Source: a virus. Taken from it: DNA of 64,000 nucleotides. Positions within the stretch are counted from its first letter, which is position 1; the number at the start of each line of letters is the position of its first letter. Made by a program: the position numbers and the translations under genes. The notes under the pieces are model-generated. The model searched no databases and was not told where the DNA came from. It saw nothing but the letters and a program-made list of their open reading frames with translations. The DNA lies in the IMG/VR virus record IMGVR_UViG_3300034284_000578, positions 32,001 to 96,000 of that record; one strand, given 5' to 3'. Of the stretch, positions 22,801 to 31,900 are shown in pieces.

Positions 22801-24509
22801 CCTTTACAATGAATGATTTTGGTGTCCAACTAGTTGACGTTCAACGTATAAAACAACTTAATAATAAACTTTATGTTGTTGCAAATAGAATTGGTATTTC
22901 TACTGATGGTGGACAAACATTTACCATTATTACACAAACAACTGCTCCGGGAATAATTCCTGGTTCTAATTTTATAGATTTGACACCAGTAACGAATGAT
23001 ATATTTTATACTAGTACGGGAACTGGTTTATACAAAACTATTAATAATGGACAATCTTTTACTAAAATTGATTTTGGTTACAATGGCTTATCACCAACAT
23101 TAAATAGTTCCACAATAGAAATACACAACAATCTACTTTATATTGCTTCGTCGGCCGGTGGAGGAATAAGAGTAGGAACTAATTGTTTGCCAGCACCTTC
23201 TATTAGAGGATGGCAAATTCCAAATCCAGAAAATAATCCGGCACATGCTGCATTCTTACAATCCGAATTACAACCTTGGATTGATATTGGAATTAATTTC
23301 CTTGGAATGGATGTTGGAGTTGGTATGTTTAATTACCAATATGGTGGTGCATTGTCGTTTGGAGCAAATCCAGTATCGAGAGAACCAGTTGGTGATTATA
23401 AACAATGGTTACAAACAACATTCCCAACCCTAAAAACAATCATTAATGAAGCAATACAACCCGACTGGAAAGCACCAGTATTGGATGAATTTAATAAACC
23501 AGTTGTTGGAAGAACTTATCCAAGAAAAACTCTGTTAAAGACAAATCGTGCAACAGAAGTATGTAAAGGTGTATTGGTTTCTTCTGAAACTTTGGGTGGA
23601 GAGCCTTGGAACACAGTATATACTGACGATTGCTGGCATAACAAAGGAAGAGAAAGATTTAGAAAACTAGATCCTGCTGGAAAAGATTACCGTACAGCGC
23701 AAGATCCTAATAATTTTGTTTATGCGCCAGGTGCATACCAATATTCTGCTTATATGATTCTTCTTAATGGTAATTTGAATTCATCAGAATGGAATATAGG
23801 ATTACACAGTAATGCAAATACCATACAAGGTTGGGGTGGCTTAGATCCAAATAAAATGTGGTGTTGGTATAGAAAAAATACAGAAATTGGTTTATTTGTT
23901 GAAACCTTTTATCTGTTAAGTAAAACAATGAGAGATGCATATAGATTACAAAATCCAAATGAAGTGGATGCCGCTGGAAATAACACATATAATAATCTTT
24001 GGCAATTCACTCCAGCATGGCATGATAAAGGAATTTCTACACCTACTCCCACACCAAGTGGTGTTGCGTCTTGGGATGGTAGAAATATATTGAGAGATAG
24101 TGATACCTACAACAAAGTAAGAAATGAAATGTTTGTCGAAGTTAAAAATTACATAGAAAGAGGATATGTTTATTGGACTTCTCTCGGTAAAGATGCATTC
24201 CAAGTGCTTAAAGATGTACATTCTGATCTATTGAGTTATGTTGCCGGATTTGAATCCGACGACAATATCTTCCCAGAAGACGAAATTACAGAAAATCGTG
24301 CTACAGTTTTGTCGGACGATGTAAAAAATAATATAATAATTTCTACAGTATCTACAAAAGATAATGAAACCCTGTTGGCAACAGTAATAAATAATGAGGA
24401 AATAATTACAACAGATTTTGGTACAGATACTAGTCCGTTTGGAGATCCAGAATTAGTGGATTTTGAACCCAGCCCAGGGGAATTTGGTGGTGGTGGATTT
24501 GGACCATAA
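13839..24509 (+). CDS. Giant (3556 aa) multidomain virion protein: GH141-like right-handed beta-helix, Asp-box/BNR propeller, putative glycoside-hydrolase-like domains; candidate depolymerase / receptor-binding protein
   Basis: YVSTTGND..GPVKTI..A, ARWPN, WLHGFWRWDWAD, NILEELDTPGEYYID, DDAGGIY, GVYFDD (beta-helix family); six S.DGG.TF Asp boxes; located between gp7 and gp8. Confidence 0.7.
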   Translation: MPNITTSITIQPTISSLDSLINSPNNAYNQALGSLPDVPPPPPPSTDVVIETDTTTDFVFTTDTTTDFVFTTDTTTDFVFTTDTTTDFVFTTDTTTDVVVPPLDTDVSALDYTVWAAAWQRDVNVNAHSVVPMIWVDPMGGWGGPGTTDVFTDDVVSSTKYNQFKTTLLNVPEGRRVIQPTFWAAVPPNLNWSPLTFIDYYTALDGTTFDGRNISWTPWQENIIDDAKTSFNQFLGRCKADGLTFNYITDNTYYGDGGAPSIWNLSKPPVSDRDAYKIYVSTTGNDNWTGLFPYTTGTNGPVKTIKKASELARNYTGNKNVEIQIRQGTYRMLGTDANPIFYLNESNSGKEGKYITYRPYKNETVVISGAEEISHSAFTLVNSSDSKWSRISAEARGNVYVADISGYDIGPGIPSMWNGGNMGGDVGNVQDMPALPELIFNGKTMTVARWPNKTSLNSNGYTFGESAVISSVVSSGTSGVWCVDPTYLGSNVDLLTDGPADDASCYCGSGAPRNENCFQNATFTYSSDYDSVISTWSSAAINDGIWLHGFWRWDWADEAYKVVSINTGSRTITVASKKSQYAVQNYSLCNPTTGALDSTGTYLSNPTPRRWFALNILEELDTPGEYYIDRANKKLYFWPTEAISASSEIRITHRAVAGPGAKDDDENSFEVGYHPNGFPDRTCSKCFPYKGWEDTNYGWYQPGGALQSRHVYNSKNTLKSLFKLYKTKNIIIEGLTFRDSAGSGIELNLCENVIVRKCKIFNVKKDGINAMGGKNVTIDSCTLYDIGRTAIINTGGNRQTLEPANKLVTKCSIKRWNRNKYNYASAIILNGCGNTASYNLMSDGSAGILIYGANLTVEYNHLHNLIGETDDAGGIYAGRNTSFINNVIRYNFFNNVKTNLPGGYYYSNSTVPSGCVTAENKNTAGTHGVYFDDLMSNCSVIGNVFYQIGGGEGCAVYFNGGVKNTVNNNLFIDCNRAYGAAVSTKGYWNNHLNASRIAIVNNLNYPWYETGGPLDSNGKETNVSGYSPYTWYGSGNGNTSWANNSLAGIMPVVDITAPIYQQTCPQLSQMISVNASKVATIVEDAAQFKNNTNNNVIINTPSNSDRLGINTISGETWSQAIYGGFNVGSELIEDTNTVITFAERASLNFKLSASDLATIRASLPTFEDIPFEKIPTLSYVPESYTQQTYSNCAVDNRHYTCERDFSDPDALEAIVTDSRFTSTVNPVNGKTLSQDFMDRYNAIITETNGMDRSLYTNRSSSWYVSPIATAYNVLSPNFGYIVDVGEPFRMQQFPWSNSSTDAATRAWTGVTFDWGIYYRTTFFKQPLANNGYSNVKYSIDYSYALNAEEAQYVQDQYGGWQGDIREDYPDALYTPPLYGELETGMFNRYTYAINPENDDQKYLMGFVWENQDLPQGYLRFTSPIWVAFLRDMKLLRGIIRSNPNAWQKLTPWIPSPDGGDISGSRMRYSRSQGETALQFWKEMIFHACLHGTQHFNYWNSGATSTVGTTNTLELHNILEEWRQRSGNSRAQPVTNSRIAVNSSVIISGGRLLSSNKYLWRVTAKPSSSVTLRAYGNSLDRTDIPQTITLNNNSRGAWLLTDSSVPPTYVLDEGGQQEDVELKYITLMRADYHTQIHRGRAIFGGASHDYGSGIGFDQNGKSLSALQYIYNTGITWSAHSVGNLNWYYAANYRLDSNGNAIPVVVRTSPTTTVTHCNNACYSSSGCFQVPGIPSIMFVKYMSETGEWGAPMRPNDPFPNGAGGSFEFVTVNGVVFTKQPTDRGKPLDYSFTHYGNSTNSSGIPYSFWARTPAQNGRNDLAYDYTWQGTVQLRPGHEHVIDSNNLTVKLRQPSDGAHPKNEPGNIWKYKGFVFAPIRQDDGCADHLFVDQYKMLLNLYKAEEEYKYFVMNLPTVPSCIVQSATWKSLVAEEFVNGVFKPKEIFVNYEDELVDQIRCLNITGRTGPNNYGRINNQPLTNEIWERIVSYIKLTRKMNYHIKSVFGPQVKISHYDMFNLPYYQEWKQGWWPAKDGLIWSTDYYTDIDNGCPFCSELDIDYPGDVAYAALPLEQKLVFIRKAVEALQSKIFKMGAAISKMCLFENVEGQPDVLDLRQELSELLPQIDPNLFIIEGLNHYPNSAHGEICNNVHKYYAATPNGFNEAADVNFKNNSEINKSRQQSIHHKEQARVGMFNNQRSGKLYSWFVQGVCGSDVAEAMYEYYNSNLKDNAGFVKSWTDTSFAATEVSSFPSTETDPNHLAGERIYKVKFAPKNALRRSFLKHMPWINMTNDFLNRSQIATTIKYKDEVIWSDNNISSVITTNLNGIASEPKEYRTEEYNLRPCAQGESPVCVSNCQPGETPTFSCRDIVANPYIKPKLIEDNFKLRNNNFDTFSCSSGTAVVGTNKSPNCVSYCHVDPVVHGAGSTSYPTTSLLKARRHIYGLAVEYAGYDDMVAIPLEDFPNDIYWGGYLGANGGFDPFITTPPATVSAAQALDRPGWPHIRGSETAKRAQGLGLILAARKDYSIYKYIKNPTQTNVRDWPQPAANFDVDRRPGIAATITVSGGPGAEVVMGYSGTNTNRAEFFKKCLDGSGNPIPNVGFQKLIDNYFTWNYDKGVRRFMIWTPGGTVYHTYPNGERPAVYTSAITSSMERRIYEIYQVAQDGVTTVINKIVNPAEACWRNITTPVDVFPTDGQVNTLLIPATVAEAESYPLCSDTDWNGTSPCFDPEGRKNEVLTCMEQWIDSHPDADVGVYMGYTIPTLNGEPETGTPTIIGDAGGGGWLQNAGDAVCCEPECSFSLLSDASNGLPANNQIRKLLVNGNTIYSVNAGSGGLSISTDGGATYVTRTTANGLGSNTISDIFVVGNNVYAATNGGLSISTDGGQTFINKSGGSSGLGGTNSAHVARISGVFVKNNTIYAAVAGVSGPTGGQTGLGISTDGGATFTMRNRTNSGLGGGSSGSACNTVFVDTDNKIYVGTQTGGLGISTNGGTTFTMNDFGVQLVDVQRIKQLNNKLYVVANRIGISTDGGQTFTIITQTTAPGIIPGSNFIDLTPVTNDIFYTSTGTGLYKTINNGQSFTKIDFGYNGLSPTLNSSTIEIHNNLLYIASSAGGGIRVGTNCLPAPSIRGWQIPNPENNPAHAAFLQSELQPWIDIGINFLGMDVGVGMFNYQYGGALSFGANPVSREPVGDYKQWLQTTFPTLKTIINEAIQPDWKAPVLDEFNKPVVGRTYPRKTLLKTNRATEVCKGVLVSSETLGGEPWNTVYTDDCWHNKGRERFRKLDPAGKDYRTAQDPNNFVYAPGAYQYSAYMILLNGNLNSSEWNIGLHSNANTIQGWGGLDPNKMWCWYRKNTEIGLFVETFYLLSKTMRDAYRLQNPNEVDAAGNNTYNNLWQFTPAWHDKGISTPTPTPSGVASWDGRNILRDSDTYNKVRNEMFVEVKNYIERGYVYWTSLGKDAFQVLKDVHSDLLSYVAGFESDDNIFPEDEITENRATVLSDDVKNNIIISTVSTKDNETLLATVINNEEIITTDFGTDTSPFGDPELVDFEPSPGEFGGGGFGP
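13998..14129 (+). repeat. Perfect 30-bp tandem repeat x4.4 (ACAACAACAGATTTCGTATTCACTACAGAC; TTTDFVFTTD)
   Basis: Directly visible in the sequence; in frame within the giant ORF. Confidence 0.97.
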
Positions 24510-24524
24510 TTAAAGGAACTATAA

Positions 24525-27002
24525 ATGGCAACATTCAGACAAAGAGGTAGAGAAAATAATGCAAAGGTGTTCATTAGTGATTTTGAAACTAAAACAAATA
24601 ACACTTATTTTATTTCAATTGGCAATGCTGTAACAAGTCCAGTTGCCTCGGTTACACGAGCAGCAGATACCATGCAAGCAGATCAAAATGCATGGAACAA
24701 TATGTTCTTTATGAACCAAATTTTCCGTTCAGATTTATCTCTAATGATAAAAAAGATAGATTGGATTTCCGGAACCAGATACGAGGCATTTGACAAAAAT
24801 AAAAATCAATATGAATTGAACGAAAAGTTTTACGCATATAATTCTGAAAACAATAGTGTGTATCTTTGTTTAGCAAGTCCCGAAAATGAAAACAGTGTAA
24901 GCACCTATCCACCAACAACTCAAGGTTTAAACCCAGAAGTTAAACCCGATGGATATACTTGGAAATTTTTGTATCAAGTTCGAGAAGAGAATCTAGAAAA
25001 ATTTGATTATCCCGGATTTCTACCAATAGAAAATGTAGGTGTTGAATTATATACAGACGAAAGAGTTTTACAACAAAATGTCGAGGTAAACACGGTAAAG
25101 GGTGCAATTGAATCGATTGATGTGGTTCAACAAGGTACTTCTTTCCCAGAAATAGTAAATAATAATTTTGTCTCGAATTTGTATTATGGTTATGCTACAG
25201 AAGATACTGTTGAGGGGGATGATATTCATACAGAATATTATTTTGACGCAGATCTTGAAGGAAGAACAGAACTTTCAAGAGTTGCCAATTTTTATGATAA
25301 TAACTATATAATACATTTTAAAAATGGTTACACTGCATTAATAGAAGAAACAGAAACAGTTACAAATCCCACATCGGGCAATCCTGCTATCAGATTTAAA
25401 ATATGTAATCTATTGTACGATTTAGGTTCATTTTCAGGTGATATTGAATTTATAATACCACCACTAAACGAACCATTTTGTATTATTCCTTATATAAGAG
25501 TAATTGGTAATGGTTCGGATGCGGTAGCAATACCTGTATTTGATCTTGATAAGAAAATTACAAGAGTAGATTTAATCTATAATGGAAAAAACTATACTTA
25601 TGCTGAAGCAAAGTTTTTAGTAAATTCCACTACAATTTTAAGCCCAGTTTTGGGATTAAATGGATTGACATCCAATATAGTAAAACTTCTTGGTGCAAAA
25701 CATGTAATGATATCCAAGAAAATTAAACCAATTACTACATTATCACAATCAGATCCAATACTATATTCTTCTGTAGAAAATACAGGAGTTGTATATAGCG
25801 GAGATCAGTATCTAGATGTTGTTTCTGAAAATACATATTACACTCAATTTTGTTTAATTAAAAATCCTAAGATTTTAAATATCAACACCAATTTACAAGA
25901 AATTGCCGGTTCGACTATTTCCGAAATACGAGAAATGGTAATAGAATCCATAGATCCCAAAGTAACTATAGTTGTTGGTACTCCACTTAATCCATATACA
26001 AATAGTACAAACTTTTTTGAAGTAGATGACATAATTGTTCGGGGACCAGATTCTAGACCAGATCAATTTCAAGCAAAAATAACAAATGTTTCTGTAAGTG
26101 GAATCAGTACGACTGTAGAGTGCGATTTAATTAATGGTGCATTTGAAACATATTCTGGTTATAGAATAAAAAACAATAAAAATACCTCTACAGATTTTTC
26201 CGATGATGAGTTTTTTCAATTTTTAGATTGTGAAGAAAATTGTTCAAATTCCATTTATGCAACCTATACCAATGTTTTTAATCCCACAGACTTTTCTTCG
26301 GATGATGCGCTTTTTGGGACAAGCAGTTATAAAAGTGCAGAAATATACCCACCCTTAAGTGGATATGTTTTTGTTAATCCTGTATATCCAAATAGAGCAA
26401 AAGTAAAAGTAAAAGATGCCGAACTTGGTTTCTTGCCGGCAAGATATGTAGATGGGGAATTTGTGCCTGGTGAAACTATAATTGGATTAAAAGATGTATT
26501 GGGTGTACCAACCATCACGGCAAAAGGTTCTCTAGTATCAATTAGTGAACCCACAGAAATATTGTCGGAAACCTCATTTGGTTATGCTTATATTTTAAAA
26601 TGTACCGTCAATCGTCCGGGTGCAGACACTATATACGATTTAGTTAATGAAGATGGTGTTTCTTTAGAAACTAATACCATTATAAAACAACCAAGCACTG
26701 GTGCTATTGGAAAAATAATTAGAGTGGGATTACCAACAGGCACGGATGGTTCCAGCACTGTATATCTTTATGTTAACAATTATAACGATAAATCTTTTTA
26801 TGCTTCTTCATCAATACTACAAACAATTAATGATTTATACGATCCAACAACTGCTGAAAATATGAATATTTACGTTCAGGAAGTTATTTTTAATCCAAGA
26901 CTTGTTCCATACTCTGGTGATTTGTTATATATAAATGATGCAGGTCCTGTGCAAAGACGAGTAGAAAATTCTGAAATAATAAAACTTTTAATAGAGTTCT
27001 GA
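24525..27002 (+). CDS. gp8: Baseplate wedge subunit gp8-like (expanded, 825 aa)
   Basis: IKKIDWISGTRY, FYAYNSENNSVYLCL, DGYTWKFLY, YSGDLLYIND..PVQR...SEIIKLLIEF. Confidence 0.85.
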   Translation: MATFRQRGRENNAKVFISDFETKTNNTYFISIGNAVTSPVASVTRAADTMQADQNAWNNMFFMNQIFRSDLSLMIKKIDWISGTRYEAFDKNKNQYELNEKFYAYNSENNSVYLCLASPENENSVSTYPPTTQGLNPEVKPDGYTWKFLYQVREENLEKFDYPGFLPIENVGVELYTDERVLQQNVEVNTVKGAIESIDVVQQGTSFPEIVNNNFVSNLYYGYATEDTVEGDDIHTEYYFDADLEGRTELSRVANFYDNNYIIHFKNGYTALIEETETVTNPTSGNPAIRFKICNLLYDLGSFSGDIEFIIPPLNEPFCIIPYIRVIGNGSDAVAIPVFDLDKKITRVDLIYNGKNYTYAEAKFLVNSTTILSPVLGLNGLTSNIVKLLGAKHVMISKKIKPITTLSQSDPILYSSVENTGVVYSGDQYLDVVSENTYYTQFCLIKNPKILNINTNLQEIAGSTISEIREMVIESIDPKVTIVVGTPLNPYTNSTNFFEVDDIIVRGPDSRPDQFQAKITNVSVSGISTTVECDLINGAFETYSGYRIKNNKNTSTDFSDDEFFQFLDCEENCSNSIYATYTNVFNPTDFSSDDALFGTSSYKSAEIYPPLSGYVFVNPVYPNRAKVKVKDAELGFLPARYVDGEFVPGETIIGLKDVLGVPTITAKGSLVSISEPTEILSETSFGYAYILKCTVNRPGADTIYDLVNEDGVSLETNTIIKQPSTGAIGKIIRVGLPTGTDGSSTVYLYVNNYNDKSFYASSSILQTINDLYDPTTAENMNIYVQEVIFNPRLVPYSGDLLYINDAGPVQRRVENSEIIKLLIEF

Positions 27003-27009
27003 GGAAAAT

Positions 27010-28944
27010 ATGACTTTTAAGAATCCAGATTTTAGTTCAAATTCACCATATTATGATGATTTTGAGGAAGCAAAGAACTTTCTAAAAATACTTTTTAAGC
27101 CTGGATATGCAGTTCAAGCCAGAGAACTGACACAACTGCAAACTATTTTGCAATCTCAAGTTGCAAAATTTGCTGATCATATTTTTCAAGATGGTAGTCA
27201 AGTTTTTGGTGGTAAAATACAAATTGTTAATACACCTTATGTTCGTTTAGAAAAATATACACAATCCACCATAGGTGCTACGACAAATTTAGCAAACGAT
27301 TATTTAACAAATCTTCCTACCAATTTATTAAAAGTTTATAGCAAATCTGGAACAACATTTACCGAATTAGCAACAGTAAAAATATCGTATTTTGAACCAT
27401 CCGGTTATTCTGCTGCTGATGATTATGCTGTTGCATTTTATAATGTAATTTCTATTGCAGAAACTCAAAACGGTACATTTGATATGCAACGGGAATATTA
27501 CATTGGTTCTTCCACTGCTGGACCATTTGTAAAAGTTATAAATCCAACACAACAAACAACAACACCAGTTCAATATACAGTTGAACCATTCGGAAATGGT
27601 TACTTAGTAACTGTGGATGATGGTATTTTTTACATAGATGGTTATTTTGTAACTACACAAAAACAAACAATATCTCTATTTAAAAAATCTTCTCAGTATG
27701 AATCTGATTTTAGTATTGACACCGGATTAACATATAACTGGGCAAGTCAAGGTGTCAGATTATTTAATAAACCATCACACAGAATTGGTTATACTATAAA
27801 TCGTCAAATTGTTACTGCTACAGAAGATAGTACTCTAAATGATCCAGCGCGAGGATTTTATAATTACAATGCACCGGGTGCCGATAGATACAAAATTTCT
27901 CTAGAACTTACTCAAATTGAATATCGTTCTGGTATTGTAGATATTGATAATTATGTTACAACCGATTTCATCCAAATTTTAAGAACAACAAATGGTGTAG
28001 TAGATTACATCAAAGATAAATCTTCTTATTCGCAGATTTTAGATTTATTTGCAAAAAGAACTCAAGACGAATCTGGTTCTTATACAGTTAAACCATTCAT
28101 TGCTGAAGTAAAAAATCATTTAAGAAAAGATAGATATGTTTTAACAGTTAGCAATGATTCAATTACAAGTATGTTTCCGGCTACATCTTTTAGACCAGCA
28201 ATAGATGGTTATGTGTGGGCGGGTTCTGCTGCATTTAATCCATATACTTCACCTTCATTAGCAAATGAACCATTTGTTATTGCAAAAATTGTGGATGTCA
28301 TTGGTGATTATGATGCAAGTTTAGCAACACCAAAATCATTAAAAATTGTGGTCGAATTGCAAAATGCAAATAAATTTGCATTTGGACCTGCTTCGTATTT
28401 CTTAAAAAATACAAGCACTGGTGCCATAACTGGATTTAATATAAGTGGTGTTGAATTACAAATAGATTCTAAAGGAACCTATTCCTTATCAGATGTGCCT
28501 GTTGGTGATCCAACTAAGATGACAATTACAATGCAACCCGGAAAGGCATATGTTTATGGTTATAATTATGAAACATTTGCACCAAGAAGCGTTGATTATG
28601 TTATAAATGGGAATCAAACAGATATAAAGGTAGTTACTGGTCAAAATGTAGAATTTGAAGTTGGAAATTATGTTAAAGGTGTATTTGTACCAAGAATAAC
28701 AACAAATACTATAAATTATGAACAAATGCCTTCTTTGGATTTGGTTGATGTTGATACAAATACATTTTTGATTTATCCTGCAAATACAACTACAGCAGAA
28801 AGAAGAATATATGCATGGGCCCCATTCCTTGGAGCAAGTGAAGATATACAAGGTGACATGATTGATATGGTGTATTTAACCGATAGTGAAGGATTAGATG
28901 GTGCGAGATTTCCACACGAAAGCGTAATCTTTGTGGCCGAATAA
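27010..28944 (+). CDS. VrlC/DUF4815-like structural protein, N-terminal part
   Basis: SPYYDDF..KNFLKILFKPGYAVQARELTQLQTILQ.Q, D.TLNDPARG..NYNAPGADRYKI, AKRTQDESGSY.V.PF, PGKAYVYGY. Confidence 0.85.
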   Translation: MTFKNPDFSSNSPYYDDFEEAKNFLKILFKPGYAVQARELTQLQTILQSQVAKFADHIFQDGSQVFGGKIQIVNTPYVRLEKYTQSTIGATTNLANDYLTNLPTNLLKVYSKSGTTFTELATVKISYFEPSGYSAADDYAVAFYNVISIAETQNGTFDMQREYYIGSSTAGPFVKVINPTQQTTTPVQYTVEPFGNGYLVTVDDGIFYIDGYFVTTQKQTISLFKKSSQYESDFSIDTGLTYNWASQGVRLFNKPSHRIGYTINRQIVTATEDSTLNDPARGFYNYNAPGADRYKISLELTQIEYRSGIVDIDNYVTTDFIQILRTTNGVVDYIKDKSSYSQILDLFAKRTQDESGSYTVKPFIAEVKNHLRKDRYVLTVSNDSITSMFPATSFRPAIDGYVWAGSAAFNPYTSPSLANEPFVIAKIVDVIGDYDASLATPKSLKIVVELQNANKFAFGPASYFLKNTSTGAITGFNISGVELQIDSKGTYSLSDVPVGDPTKMTITMQPGKAYVYGYNYETFAPRSVDYVINGNQTDIKVVTGQNVEFEVGNYVKGVFVPRITTNTINYEQMPSLDLVDVDTNTFLIYPANTTTAERRIYAWAPFLGASEDIQGDMIDMVYLTDSEGLDGARFPHESVIFVAE

Positions 28945-28956
28945 TTAACGGATACA

Positions 28957-28964
28957 CATAAATA
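28957..28964 (+). promoter_or_regulatory. Late promoter variant CATAAATA between the two VrlC-like halves
   Basis: In the 36-nt spacer, followed by AAGGG and ATG 28981. Confidence 0.65.
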
Positions 28965-28980
28965 AGATAAAAGGGTAAAA

Positions 28981-31900
28981 ATGGCATTAACAACAGAAAC
29001 AGATAACGGTTATAAGAATGGTTTGTCAAACGAACTCATGAGAGTTTCGGGTGAAACTAGTCAAGCAACATACACTGCGAGTTGTTTTTCTGACAAGGTT
29101 CCCGATGTCATTAGAATTAACTTTTTAGATCCATTTAGAGGGAACTTTAGAACTGCTTACGATCCAACCCGAACAAATCTGGATGAAAGTTTAGATGGAC
29201 AAAGAGGGTTTCGTGAAGAAATATTTTTAGAAGCAACAAGTCAAGGTAATTATGATATTTTAAAACATTTTAGAGTTAAACAAATTGACGGTTTAACTGG
29301 TAATGTTGTAGCAGAAGGTATTCCTTTAAGATGGGTTCCACCATCAGCAGATGGAAGAGGTGGAACGTTATTCATAAAGGTACTATATCAAGATTTACCA
29401 AATCCTACAACTTTTAATCAAGCAAATGGTGTAATATATTGTGACGCAATTGATCAATTTACATATGGTGGGAAAACATATAGTGGTAATCCAATATCCG
29501 TTGGTACTACAATTAAATCTATACAAACAGTTTCTAACGTTTATAAACTAACAAGCGTTGAGGCTTATAATAGTGCCCCATCCACTCTACCTTGCGTTGG
29601 TGGTACAGAAGGTGTAATTACTTTGGGTAAAGGAATATATCAAAGCGGTCAAAGAGTAGTTTTGAAAGAATTATTAGCCGCAAATGGTTCTCCATGTACT
29701 AGTAGTTTTTCAGGTACGGGTGTAGTAATATCATCCACAATTGATACACTATCACAAAAAGTTTCGGTTTTCGTGGAGTTTGATCAACCACTAAACGATA
29801 CTGCTGGAGAGAACGGCAATTGTTCGAATTGTACAAATACATCTGAAAGACTAGTTCTCTGCACAGGAGATGCTTCTGGTAGTTGCTTATCATCATGTTG
29901 CATATATTCTATCGATAACGTTAGAAAAATAAGTACACCAGAGTGTGGTACTGTACAAAAAATATATTTTTCGGATGAGATTGCAGAAACCGGAGAATTT
30001 GTGCCTGGTAGAGAACTCTATCAATGGAAATATGAAAATTGTGGAAACCATCCCGGTAATGCGGCATTTTATACCACAAAACAAGCAGATGCTCAATCTA
30101 AAATTGTCGGTGAATATTTAAATTGGGATACGGCGACTAAAGTTCTTTATGTTCTTTGTCCAAATTCTATAATGCAAATTAAGTACGGAAACGTATATCA
30201 ATTAACAGAAACAGGAACTTTATTGTCTAGAGGTAGTGGTATATCTCCAACCAGTAAATTTGAAAGAAGAACAGGTTCATTTGTAAATCTGAGAAATACC
30301 ACAGAAACACCAACCTATATTTCTGGTAGAGAATATCAACAAGTTTGGGACAGTACATCAGGAGGAGAGTTACTGGTTCAAACATTGACCAGTACTTCAA
30401 CTTCATATAATACAAACTATGAATATGTAATTGGTGAAACTGTATTGCAAGCACTTACTGAAGATTTTGATGGTAATGTTGTTGGTTATGCTGCTGGTAC
30501 TGTTGTAGATTGGCAACCAAATACAACGGCTCTCGATAGTGTTCCAAGTATATTAACTATTAAAAGAAAGAAAATTGGTACAGAAAATCCTTTATTCATT
30601 GATACAAATGATCCATTAATTCCAGCCACAACAGAACTTGCTCGTTTTAGATTTGGTACAAATCTTGCACCAACCACTACAGGTACACTATTAAAAAATA
30701 CAAAAAGAAATATTCTTCCTTTGCGTGTGTTTGAAACAGTAAATACCACAGGAAATATAGCAACAGACTGGTATGATTTTAGTTCTGAAAATGTTGTTCA
30801 GAACTCCACAACAACTGAACTAACTGATACTGTTGTCGTTGCTTCTATAGGAACGATTGCTAAAGGATCATCAATAGGTTCTACCAGAATAAAGGCAATA
30901 AAATTAAATGCAGGAAATGTTTACGATATTTCGTTGATGAATACAAATATATTCTATAATGAGCCTGTTTCATTTAAAGATGTAACTCAAATTGGTAAAT
31001 CAAATATTTTAACAAATACTACTGGTGTGTCATATAGTTCAATTGAACCAGTTATAGAAGTACAACAAGACTATATTAGTGGTGAATATGTAACTAGAAT
31101 ATTTAATCCTACCTCAGATAAACAAATAATACCATTACCAGCAGGCGATGTAATTGAAAATGTAACGTCTGGATCTGGTAATTTTGGTTCTACTTTATTA
31201 ACAATACAACAAATTTTTGATGTAAATTTCCCATCAAATAGTGCAGAAGTTTTCATTGAAGGTAATATTAATGGTGCAGAATTTCCTAGTACATTTTCCA
31301 CAACATATTCATTTGCAATAGATCAACTTGGTAATAGTTTAAATTTGGTTAAATATAACAATTTAGCAGCTGCTAATGCTGAACCTTCAGACAACAATAC
31401 ACTGTATTATGATGTAATTGTAGCAGATGATGCAAATGTTGGTATAAAATTTAAGAAAAAATCAACAAGTACTGTTACTAGTATTATCTTTGGTTCTGAA
31501 GTAAAGTGTTCTGCATCAAATGTTATAAAGGAAAAACGACAAAAAACATTTAATGCTACAACTTATTTGACGTACAATACGTCTGGGCCATTTAAAGATA
31601 AATGGACTGCGATTATTCCCATTACAGGCGCTATTGATGTTTATAAATTAAATTCTGTTTTTGGTGTTTCCGGAACATCTTCACTTACAATAATTACAAA
31701 CAATGTAAAAGATTGGTTCGGTATTTCAAAGGAAACAGACGATTATTTGTATAAACCAAGTATTTTAGTTCTAAACGGAAACGGTGTCACAACAAATACA
31801 AATACTGATCCAAATCAAGGACCAATAACACCAACTGTACCAACTTTTGGTTTATTTGAGCGAGAAGGACTAACCGAAAATTATAGAGTAAAAATTAGAG

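Noticed and set aside
28942-28980. Stop-codon readthrough or alternative genetic code joining the VrlC halves
   Set aside because: Two in-frame TAA stops plus a promoter and SD lie in the spacer; all core genes are intact in the standard code, and TAA, TGA and TAG each end recognisable genes
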